Assembly: GCA_977017645.1 (NCBI GenBank)
Contig: OZ360225.1
Span: forward strand, 2,108,001-2,172,000
Reading direction: 5' to 3'
DNA length: 64,000 nt
From: Torpedo marmorata
Lineage: Eukaryota
Numbering within the stretch: the first letter of the stretch is position 1; the number at the start of each line of letters is the position of its first letter. The notes beneath the pieces were generated by a model. That model worked only from the letters and a program-made list of their open reading frames with translations, made no database searches and was not told the origin of the DNA. The translations under genes were made by a program, and so were the position numbers. Below, one piece after another: positions 52,549 through 63,990 of the stretch.

Positions 52549-53686
52549 GAATTAAGAAAATTAATAACTGTTTTGAAGCTGGGAAATTCATTACTTTTCA
52601 AAGAATGAAGGATAAATTTAATATATTAGATAATACACTTTTTGCTTATTATCAAATTAGAGCTTTTCTGATTGAGAAATTAGGTTATAGTTTGAGTTTA
52701 ACAAGACAGAATGAATTAGAATTATTAGTTACTAAAGGAGATGTAAATAAATTTATTTCTCAAATGTATAAATTGTTTCAGAGGAAAACTTCTAAAGTAG
52801 GAATTCATAAATCAAGATTAAAATGGGAATTAGATTTGAATGTAAGAATAGATGAGAATCATTGGAAAGAATTATGTAAATTAAGTATGACGAAGATTAT
52901 TAATGTTAGATATAGATTAGTACTATAATTTTTTTCATCAATTATATTTAACACCTAAAAAACTAAAGAAATTTAATCCGACATTATCAGGTTTATGTTT
53001 TAGATGTAATAAAGAAGAAGGTTCTTTTGTACATTCTACATGGTTTTGTCCAAAAGTTTATGATTTTTGGTTGAAAGTTAAAATTGTTTTAGATAAAGTA
53101 TTGAAGATTACATTTCCAATGGATCCTATGATATTTTTGTTCGGAGATATTAGAAAATTTAGTATTAAGATGAAATTAAATATGTATCAAATAGAATTTT
53201 TGCGAATTGCTTTAGCTGTTTCAAAGAAATGCATTGCTATTACTTGGAAATCTGATGTAGATTTAGGGTTAGAAAGATGGCATGCAGGACTTCGTTCGTG
53301 TATACCACTTGAAAAAATTACTTATAATTTACGTAATAAATACCATTTTTTCTTAAAAATTTGTAACCCTTATATGAAAGTTGTTGGTTTAAGAATTTGA
53401 AGATCTCTGGGTATCGGATCTGCTGGCATACCTGACCACCACAATAGAATTAGTTTATAGATGTATGTTTTTTAGATTGGCATTCTCCTTATTCTATCTT
53501 TTTCTTTCTTTTTTCTTCTTTCTCTATTTTTATTTTATATTTTTTTTTTAATTAGATTAGTGGGGTTGGGAGGGTTGGGGAGGGGAGGGTGGGGGGGTGA
53601 AAATGTATCACAAATATTTTGATAATTTCATATTTTATTTTATGTATTTTGTGATTTAAAATTTTAAATAAAATATTTTTTAAAAA
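52549..53686 (+). mobile_element. L1 3' fragment
   Basis: ORF2 C-terminus, G-rich UTR, poly(A); short TSD aagaag. Confidence 0.9.
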
Positions 53687-53879
53687 AAGAAGTAAAACTG
53701 AATTGAAGGTTGCAAAATTGAATCCGAAATTACAGGAAAAAACAATGAAAGTCAGAGTGGCTGTTGATAAGTTTGAGGAATCAATGATATTTGAGTCCTA
53801 CCCTTTCTATAACCGACTGCAGAAGAAAAAGAAAAAGAGAAAGAAGACTCATCTTGTGACCTCAAGAAAGTGAATACCT

Positions 53880-55159
53880 AAATTCACCAATTATTAAACA
53901 TTTGTTGGAAATTTGGTCACAAGTAGATAAAGAAATAGGTCGGAAAGGATCAATTTCTTTAAATACACCAATATACCAAAATTTGCTTATACCATTCTCT
54001 ATTGATAATCAGTTACTTAAATTATGGTTTCAAAAGGGAATTAAGACCTTGAAAGATTGTTTTGAAGCTGGTAGATTTGTTACTTTTCAAAGGTTAAAAT
54101 AAAAATTTAATATACTAGATAATACAATGTTAGTTTATTTTCAAGTTAAAGCCTTTTTGACTGAGATATTAGGGAATGAATTAGTAGCACCAAGACAAAA
54201 TGAATTGGAATTGTTAATTACTAAAGTTAATATTAATAAGTTTATATCACAAATGTATAAATTATTTCAGAGAAAGATGTCTAAAGTAGGGTTAAATAAA
54301 TCTAGATTAAAATGGGAACTAGACTTAAATGTTAATATAGATGAAAATCATTGGAGAGACTTATGTAAATTAAGTATGACTAAAGTTTTGAATGTTAGAT
54401 ATAGACTAGTACAATATAATTTCTTTCATCAATTATATTTAACACCTAAAAAATTGAAGAAATTTAATCCAGCATTATCAGATATGTGTTTTAGATGTAA
54501 GAGTGAAATAGTCTCTTTTGTTCACTGTACATGGTTATGTTCAAAAATTCAAGACTTTTGGTTGAAAGTTAAGAATTTTTTAGAGAGAATTTTTAATGTG
54601 TTTACGATGGATCCTATGTTATTTTTATTTGGAGATATTAGAAAATTTAGTATTAGAAATAGATTAAATATGTATCAGGTAGAATTTCTACGTATAGTAT
54701 TAGCAGTTTCGAAAAAGTGTATAGCTATTACTTGGAAGTCAGATGTAGATTTAAATTTAGAAAGATGGCATGCAGAATTTACATTCATGTATACCATCAG
54801 AAAAAATTACCTATAATTTGCGTAATAAATATCTTTTTTTTTGAAAATTTGGGGCCCATATATGAGAATTATGGGTTTAACAATTTAAATTCTCTGGATA
54901 TCGGATCCACTGGCGAAAATAACCTCTATGGTAGAATTAGTTTGAAGCTTGTTTTCTCCTCACTCTTTTTCTATCTTTCTTTTTTCTTTTTCTCTTTTAC
55001 TATATTTTTTTGTTTTTAGAGTAGTGGGGATGTAGGGGTTAGGGAGGAGAGGGTGGGAAGGGGGGGGGGAGAAAATGTATATCACATGTATTTTCAAATA
55101 TATGTATTTTATTCTATGTATTTTGTGATTTAAAAATTTAAATAAAAAAAAAAATAAAA
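53880..55159 (+). mobile_element. L1 3' fragment (second subfamily)
   Basis: 16-bp TSD aagaaagtgaatacct (53864-53879, 55160-55175). Confidence 0.92.
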
Positions 55160-55673
55160 AAGAAAGTGAATACCTTGGAAATTGAAATTGACTTTCTAAA
55201 CAGAACGATTACTGAAATCTGACTTTCACAAGAAGCAGAAAGCTTTGATGATTGATTTTCACTTTCTTTTGAATATTTACCCAATGTATTATATTTGATT
55301 TGCTTCGTAGTGGTAATTATTATTGGCAGATATAATAATTAGGGGCCGGTATTGTAGGGGTTAAAATCACTTGTATAGCCAGGGCTGCCAGTCTGGAGCA
55401 GCCCGCCGTTTGTTTTGCATTCCTTTGAATGTTTCTGTGGTTGCGGCCTGTGAGACCAAGGTCTCTTTCTGTGTGCTTTCGAGATAATACAGGCAGTTTT
55501 GAATTGTCCTGAGTTCTGCGAAGATGGAGGTTCTTAGAATAGAGCTGAAACTCTATTGACCGCATCAAGTATCGCAACAAGTATTGCTTCAAGTAATGTT
55601 TCAAGTAATGTATTAAGTATCTATTAAGCATCATGTTAATCGGGTATCAAAATTGATAAGTAATAACCCACAT

Positions 55674-57415
55674 TTATATAAATTAAATTATGTACCTTTA
55701 TTTACGAAAATAAAGAAAGATTTGGAAAATTGGAAAGATTTGCCTATAACTTTAATGGGAAGAGTAAATTGTATTAAGATGAATATTTTTCCAAGAATTC
55801 AATATCTTTTTCAATCAATTCCTTTTGGAATTCCAAAATTTTTTTTAAAAGATTTAAAGTTTATTATTAGGAAATTTTTATGGAAAGGGAAGTTAGCAAG
55901 AGTAAGTATGGATAAGTTAACATGGAATTATGAGATGGGAGGAATGCAACTCCCTAATTTTCAATATTATTATAAAGCAGCTCAATTAAAATTTGTTAAT
56001 GAATTTTTTGATTTAGCTAAAACTTCTGCCTGGGTCAATATAGAATTAAATAATATAGGAGAAAATTATAAAGAGGATATTATTTATAAGTGGAATTCTA
56101 AATTATTATTAGTAAGAAAGAAAAATTCACCGATTATTAAACATTTGTTGGAAATATGGACGCAGGTAGATAAAGAAATAGGAGGGAAAGGGTTAATTTC
56201 TTTAAATATGCCATTATATCAAAATCCACTTTTATCATTTACTATGAATAATCAGTTATTGAAAGTATGGTTTCACAAAGGAATTAAGAATTTTAAAGAT
56301 TGTTTTGAGGCTGGAAGATTTGTTACGTTTCAAAGATTGAAGGAAAAATTTAATGTATTAGATAATACATGGTTAGCTTATTATCAAGTTAAAGCTTTTT
56401 TGACTGAGAAATTAGGGGATGATTTGATTGCTCCAAGACAAAATGAGTTAGAATTATTAATAACTAAAGCAAATGTTAATAAGTTTATTTCTCAAATGTA
56501 TAAATTATTTCAGAGAAAAATGCCTAAAGTAGGATTACATAAATCAAGATTAAAATGGGAATTAGATTTAAATGTTAATATAGCTGAACATCATTGGAAA
56601 GATTTATGTAAATTAAGTATGACTAAAGTTATTAATGTTAGGTATAGATTAGTACAATATAATTTTTTCCATCAATTATATTTAACCCCAAAAAAATTAA
56701 AGAAATTTAATCCGACATTATCGGATTTGTGTTTTAGATGTAAGAGTGAAATAGGTTCTTTTGTTCATTCTACATGGTTATGTCCAAAGATTCAAGATTT
56801 TTGGTTGAAAGTTAAGAATTTTTTAGACAGAGTTTTTAATGTTATGTTTCCAATGGAACCTATGTTATTTTTATTTGGTGATATCAGAAAATTTAGTATT
56901 AGGAATAGATTGAATATGTATCAGGTAGAATTTTTACGGATTGCTTTAGCTGTTTCAAAAAAATGTATTGCTATTACTTGGAAATCAGCTTTAGATTTAA
57001 GTTTAGACAGGTGGCATGCAAAACTCCGTTCGTGTATTCCTCTGGAAAAGATTACTTATAATTTACGTAATAAGTATCATTCTTTTTTAAAAAATTGGAG
57101 CCCATATATGAGAGTTATGGGTTTAAGGATTTGAAATCTCTAGATATCAGGTCTATTGGCGAGTTTAACCTCCATGATAAAATTAGTTTGTAGATGGTTC
57201 TCCCCTTACTATTAATCTATCTTTCTTTTTTACTATGTATTTTTTTTTATTATTATTATTTTTTTTTAGAATAGTGGGGATGGGTGGGGTTTGGGAAGGG
57301 AGGGAGGGTGTGGGGGGAGGAAATATATATCACTTGTATTTTGAAAGTTACATATTTTGATTTATGTATTTTGTGATTTAAAAATTTAAATAAAATAATT
57401 AAAAAAAATTTAAAA
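55674..57415 (+). mobile_element. L1 3' fragment in the BEL-1 3' LTR
   Basis: Open ORF2 C-terminus to 57134; 16-bp TSD aagtaataacccacat (55658-55673, 57416-57431). Confidence 0.93.
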
Positions 57416-57895
57416 AAGTAATAACCCACATAAGGTCTAATAAACCTTGGACAACTCTATTCGACTATGTCATGAATCTTTCTCAAAAAGCGAGTCATAA
57501 ACAAGGAAATTCCAGGATCTACAGGCGACAATATAGGAAGATAGTCGATACAATAGTTAAGAAAGCATTTGGGGTGTTAGCTTTCATAAGTCAAGGGATT
57601 AAGTTTGTAAGGGTTAAAATGACTTGCACACATATTCTTGCTAACCAGCCGGCGAATATTGTTTACAAATTCCATGAGTATTTCTCCATAGTAACAGCGT
57701 TTAAGCCAAGGTCTTTTTCTGCATGTTTGAGATAAACAAATTAGTTTTCAATTTACTTTTGTACTGTGTAGGACCAGAGCAAAATGAAGACGGTCCGTAT
57801 AATTCTTTTTGACCATTCTTTTCAATGTATTAACATTTTATTGTCTGTTTTATTAATTGTTTTAAGTATAGTTTAATTGTTTTATCAAAGTTCTT

Positions 57896-60467
57896 TTTTT
57901 AAATATTTTATTTTAAATTTTTAAATCACACAATACACTGTATAAAATGCAAAATTATCAAAATACATGTGATACATTTTCTCCCCCCCCACCCTCCCTC
58001 CCCTCCCTAACCCTCCCACCCCTACTAATCTAATAAAATAGAAAAAAAAGAAAGAAAAAGATAAAATAAGGAGAATGTCAATCTAAAAAAAAAAAACAAC
58101 TATAAACTAATTTTATTGTGGAAAATAGGTTCACCAGTCTGATCTGATATCCAGAGATCTTCAAATACTTAAACCAACCATTTTTATATACGGGCTCCAT
58201 ATTTTCAAAAAGAAATGATATTTATTACATAAATTATAAGTAATTTTTTCAAGTGGTTTTGCTGAACGAAGTTCTGCATGCCACCTATCTACCCCTGAAT
58301 CTACATCAGATTTCCATGTAATAGCAATACATTTCTTAGAAACAGCTAAAGCAATTTGCAAAAATTCTATTTGGTACATATTTAATTTCATCTTGGTACT
58401 AATTCTTTTAATATCTCCCAATAAAAATATCATAGGATCCATTGGGAGTGTAATTCTTTTTTTTATATATATTTTATTTAAAATTTTAAATCACAAAATA
58501 CACAAAATCAAATATAAAATTATCAAAAATACTTGTGATACATTTTCACCCCCCCTCCAACCCTCCCCTCCCCAACCCTCCCAACCCCACTAATCTAATA
58601 AAATAATAAAAAAAAGAAGAAATAGAAAAGAAAAAGATAAGGTAAGGAGAATGTCAATCTAATAAATACATCTATGAACTAATTCTATTATGGAGGTTAG
58701 GTAGCCAGTAGATCCAATGTCCAGAGATCTTCAAATCCTTAATCCAACAGCTTTCATATAAGGGCTCCATATTTTTAAAAAGAAATGATATTTATTCCGT
58801 AAGTTATAAGTAATTTTTTCAAGTGGTATACATGAACGAAGTTCTGCATGCCATCTTTCTAACCCTAAATCTACATCAGATTTCCAAGTAATAGCAATGC
58901 ATTTCTTTGAAACTGCTAAAGCAATTCGCAAAAATTCTATTTGATACATATTTAATTTCATCTTAATACTAAATTTTTTAATATCTCCAAACAAAAATAT
59001 CATAGGATCCATCGGAAATATAATCTTAAATACTTTATCTAAAAAATTTTTAACTTTCAACCAAAAATCGTAGACTTTTGGACAAAACCATGTAGAATGT
59101 ACAAAAGAACCTTCCTCTTTATTACATCTGAAACATAAACCTGATAATGTCGGGTTAAATTTCTTTAATTTTTTAGGTGTTAAATATAATTGATGAAAAA
59201 AATTGTATTGTACTAATCTATATCTAACATTAATAATCTTCGTCATACTTAATTTACATAATTCTTTCCAATGATTTTCATCTATTGTTACATTCAAATC
59301 TAATTCCCATTTTAATCTTGATTTATGAATTCCTACTTTAGGGATTTTCCTCTGAAACAATTTATACATTTGAGAAATAAATTTGTTTACATCTCCTTTA
59401 GTAACTAATAATTCTAATTCATTCTGTCTTGGTACAATCAAAGCATAACTTAATTTCTCAATCAGAAAAGCTCTAATTTGTTAATAAGCAAAAAGTGTAT
59501 TATCTAATATATTAAATTTATCTTTCATTCTTTGAAAAGTAATAAATTTCCCAGCTTCAAAACAATCATTTATTTTCTTAATTCCTTTTTGAAACCAAAT
59601 TTTAAATAATTGATTATTAATAGTAAATGGAATAAGTCCATTTTGATATAAAGGCATCCTTGAAGAAATCAATCCTTTTCCTCCTATTTCCTTATCCGTC
59701 TTATTCCATATTTCTAACAAATGTTTAAGAACAGGAGATTTTTTCTTTCTTGTTGATATTAATTTAGAATACCATTTATAAATAACGTCTTCTTTGGAAT
59801 CTTCTCCTATATTATTTAGTTCTATTTTAATCCAAGCAGAAGATTTAGTTGAATCAAAAAATTCATTAACAAATTTTAATTGAGCTGCTTTATAATAATT
59901 TTGGAAATTAGGAAGTTGTAAACCACCCATTTCATAATTCCAAGTTAATTTTTCCATACCTACTCTTGCTAACTTTCCTTACAATAAAAATTTTTGGGAG
60001 TGTAATTCTTAATACTTCATCTAAAAACTTTTTAACTTTCAACCAAAAATCATATATCTTTGGACAAAGCCATGTAGAATGTAGAAAAGAACCTTCCTCT
60101 CTATTACATCTAAAACATAAACCAGATAATGTCGGATTAAATTTCTTTAATTTTTTAGGTGTTAAATATAATTGGTGGAAAAAATTATATTGCACTAGTC
60201 TATATCTGACATTAATAATTTTTGTCATACTTAATTTACATAATTATTTCCAATGTTCTTCATCTATTGTTACATTCAAATCTGATTCCCATTTTAATCT
60301 TGATTTGTGAATTCCTACTTTGGGCATTTTTCTCTGTAATAATCTATACATTTGAGAAATAAATTTATTTACACCTCCATTAATAACTAATAATTCCAAT
60401 TCACTTTGTCTTGGTAAAATCAAACTATAACCCAACCTTTCAACTGAAAATGCTCTAATTTGATAAT
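57896..60467 (-). mobile_element. L1 3' fragment with a second L1 (58459-59993) nested in it
   Basis: Outer TSD aagttctt (57888-57895, 60468-60475); inner 17-bp TSD ttgggagtgtaattctt (58442-58458, 59994-60010). Confidence 0.9.
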
Positions 60468-61190
60468 AAGTTCTTAACGCATAAAGTTCTAATAAACAGT
60501 GAAAAACTCAATGCTACTTTAGAACGGACTTTCCATTTAACGAGTCAAAACAACACCGTCTGCAAGCTGTCCGAGCGATTATAAAGGGAGATAGTCGCAA
60601 TATTTAGTCAAAAAGAATTTTGGATTATTGACTCATATGTAAATAAAATGGACTATTGACTCGTTAGTCAATAGAAGACGGATATTCAAGCAAGACTATT
60701 TAGCCAAATGAATATGGACTATTGACTCATTAGTCAATAGAAGACGGAATTGAAGCATAGAAAGATGGAAATTGGATTTGGAAGAAAAGACTGGATCGAT
60801 TGGGCTCTGTTTAGAGCAGATTGATAAAGGAGGCACAAACATCAACAACCAAGACCATTGAAGAAGCGGTAAGCCATTGGAAGTTTATTCTGCATATTTA
60901 TTACAAGTTATGTGGACTGTTTTGGTTTTGGAGAGATTGTTGTGAGTGTTTAGTGTCTGAGTGCGACAAACGACACAATGGAGGAAGCAGCAGCTGTAGC
61001 TTCTTAGGAACTATGTGTCGAGAAGATGAAGGTATCAGAACTTATAGAAGAATTGTGAAATCAGCAATTAAAGAAAAATGGAAACAAAGCGATTCTTCAA
61101 GCGAGACTGAGGGAGGATATAGATAAGAAAAAGGTTACAGTAGTTAGGGATACACATCCCATAGAATTACTGGAAAAACCATTAATAGAA

Positions 61191-63803
61191 TTTTTAAAAA
61201 AAAATATTTTATTTAAAATTTTAAATCACAGAATACATAAAATAAAATATGAAATTATCACAATACTTGTGATACATTTTCACCCCCTTCCCACACTCCC
61301 CTCCCCAACCCTCCCAACCCCACTAATCTAATAAAATAAAAATAAAAAAATAAAATAAAATAAAAAAATAATTAAAAAAAAGAAAGAAAAAGATAAGGTA
61401 AGGAGATTGTAAATCTAAAAAATACATCTATAAACTAATTCTATTATGGAGGTCAGATAGCCAGTAGATCCGATGTCCAGAGATCTTAAGATCCTTAAAC
61501 CAACAGCTTTCATATATGGGCTCCATATTTTTAAAAATAAATGATATTTATTCCGTAAATTATAAGTAATTTTTTCAAGTGGTATACATGAACGAAGTTC
61601 TGCATGCCATCTTTCTAACTCTAAATCTAAATTAGATTTCCAAGTAATAGCAATAGATATCTTTGAAACAGCTAAATCAATTTGCAGAAATTCTATTTGA
61701 TACATATTTAATTTCATCTTAATACTAAATTTTTTAATATCTCCAAAGAAAAATATCATAGGATCCATTGGAAATGTAATCTTAAATACTTTATCTAAAA
61801 AAATTTTAACTTTCAACCAAAAATCATAAACTTTTGGACAAAACCATGTAGAATGTACGAAAGAACCTTCCTCTTTATTACATCTAAAACATAAACCTGA
61901 TAATGTCGGATTTAATTTCTTTAATTTTTTAGGTGTTAAATATAATTGATGAAAAAAATTGTATTGTACTAATCTATATCTAACATTAATAATCTTCGTC
62001 ATACTTAATTTATGTAATTCTTTACAATGATTTTCATCTATTGTTACATTCAAATCTAATTCCCATTTTAATCTTAATCTTAATTTATGAATTCCTACTT
62101 TAGGAGTTTTCCTCTGAAACAATTTATACATTTGAGAAATAAATTTATTTACATCTAATTCATTCTGTCTTTGTAAGATCAAACTATAACCTAATTTCTC
62201 AATCAAAAATGCTGTAATTTCATAATAAGCAAAAAGTGTATTATCTAATATATTGAATTTATCTTTCATTCTTTGAAAAGTAATAAATTTCCCAGCTTCA
62301 AAACAATCGTTTATTTTCTTAATTCCTTTTTGAAACCAAATTTTAAATAGTTGATTATTAATAGTAAATGGAATAAGTTCATTTTGATATAAAGGCATCC
62401 TTGGAGAAATCATTCCTTTTCCTCCTATTTCCTTATCCGTCTTATTCCATATTTCTTTTTTTTAAAAAATATTTTATTTAAAATTTTTAAATCACAAAAT
62501 ACATAAAGCGTAATATAAAATTATCAAAATACATGTGATACATTTTCTCCCCCCCCAACCACCCTCCCCACCCTAACCCTCCCGGTACCGGCTGGTCTGA
62601 TGAGGAGAAAATTATTCATTATTAGTAATGGCGGATAGTAAGTTAATAAATGTTGTAAGTATTAATATAAATGGGCTAAATAATCCGATTAAATGGAAGA
62701 GAACTTTGGCATATATTAAAAAGTTAAAAGTTGATATTGCCTTTTTACAAGAGACACATTTGACAGAGGCAGAACATCAGAAACTGAAAAGAGATTGGGT
62801 TGGTCAAGTGGTTGCGTCCTCATTTAATTCTAAAGCAAAAGGAATTGCTATTTTAATTAATAAAAAGTTACCTTTTAAGTTACAGTCTGTGATTTTAGAT
62901 GTTTCAGGAAGATATGTTTTAATAAATCGTCAAATATATTCAGAAATGTGGACACTTATGAATATATATGTGCCAAATACGCAAGATGAACAATTTATTC
63001 AAGATTCTTTTATGCATTTATCAGAAGCAAATGAGAATATCTTAATTGGTGGGGACTTCAACTGTTGTTTTGATCCGATACGAGATAAAACATCAAAATC
63101 AATTATTAGAACTAAAATTGCAAAAAAAATTCTTTCTTTGATGAAAGATTTGAATTTAATTGATATTTGGAGGAAGTTGAACCCAAGAGAAAAAGATTAT
63201 TCTTTTTATTCTTTTAGACATGATTCTTACTCTAGAATAGATATGTTTTTATTATCATCTCATTTACAAGATAGAGTTACTCAAATACAATATAAAGCAA
63301 GAATAATTTCTGATCATTCGCCTTTAATAATGTCATGTATAATTCCAGAACAAGAGAAAATTGCATATAGATGGAGATTTAATTCTTCCTTATTGAAAAG
63401 ACCGGATTTTTGTAATTATATAAGAAGAGAAATTTATGAATTTTTACAGATTAATTCTAATTCGATTGATAATACATTTATTATTTGGGAGACTTTAAAG
63501 GCTTATTTAAGAGGTCAAATAATAAGTTATTCAGCAAAGGTTAAAAAAGAATATGTTCAGGAATTAGATAAATTGGAGAAGGAGATTGAATTTTTGGAGA
63601 AAGATTTATTCCATATTTCTAACAAATGTTTAAGAATAGGAGAATTTTTCCTTCTTGTTGATATTAATTTAGAATCCCATTTATAAATAACTTCTTCTTT
63701 GGAATCTTCTCCTATATTATTTAATTCTATTTTAATCCAAGTAGAAGATTTAGTTGAATCAAAAAGTTCATTAACAAATTTTAATTGAGCTGCTTTATAA
63801 TAA
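61191..63803 (-). mobile_element. L1 in BEL-2 gag, interrupted by further L1s
   Basis: ORF 61415-62413; resumes 63606-63803. Confidence 0.88.
62457..63605. mobile_element. 5'-inverted L1 insertion (about 125-bp 3' end on -, spacer plus endonuclease on +)
   Basis: 15-bp TSD ttattccatatttct (62442-62456, 63606-63620); APE ORF starts at 62628. Confidence 0.85.
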
Positions 63804-63990
63804 TTTTTTTTTTAAAAATATTTTATTTAAAATTTTTAAATCACAAAATACATAAGGCAAAATATAAAATTATCAAAATACATGTGATACATTTTCTCCC
63901 CCCCAACCACCCTCCCCACCCTAACCCTCCCACCCCCACTAATCTATAAAATAAAGGAAAGAAAAAGATAGAATAAGGAGAATGCCAATT
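63804..63990 (-). mobile_element. L1 3' UTR/poly(A) fragment
   Basis: Poly(T), C-rich tract and conserved UTR end. Confidence 0.8.

Larger units (their letters stand above)
42713..57552 (+). mobile_element. BEL/Pao LTR retrotransposon BEL-1, non-autonomous (Gag-protease plus cargo), with nested L1 and Penelope insertions
   Basis: 5' LTR 42713-43122; 3' LTR 55353-57552 (split by L1); TSD gtagt/atagt; PPT-like ttaggggccggta; Pao gag IPIFDGDPLQF; three Cys/His motifs; protease FLYPGS and GPYAIKTMLG. Confidence 0.92.

Noticed and set aside
52478-53860. Naming the remaining BEL cargo (ILEDPFDKYRE..., KVAKLNPKLQEK...) as a specific host gene
   Set aside because: Resemblances were too weak to name without a database search.
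62596-62612. CTGATGA as a hammerhead core upstream of L1 ORF2
   Set aside because: No stem II or properly placed GAAA, and not conserved in the homologous copy at 45385-45400.
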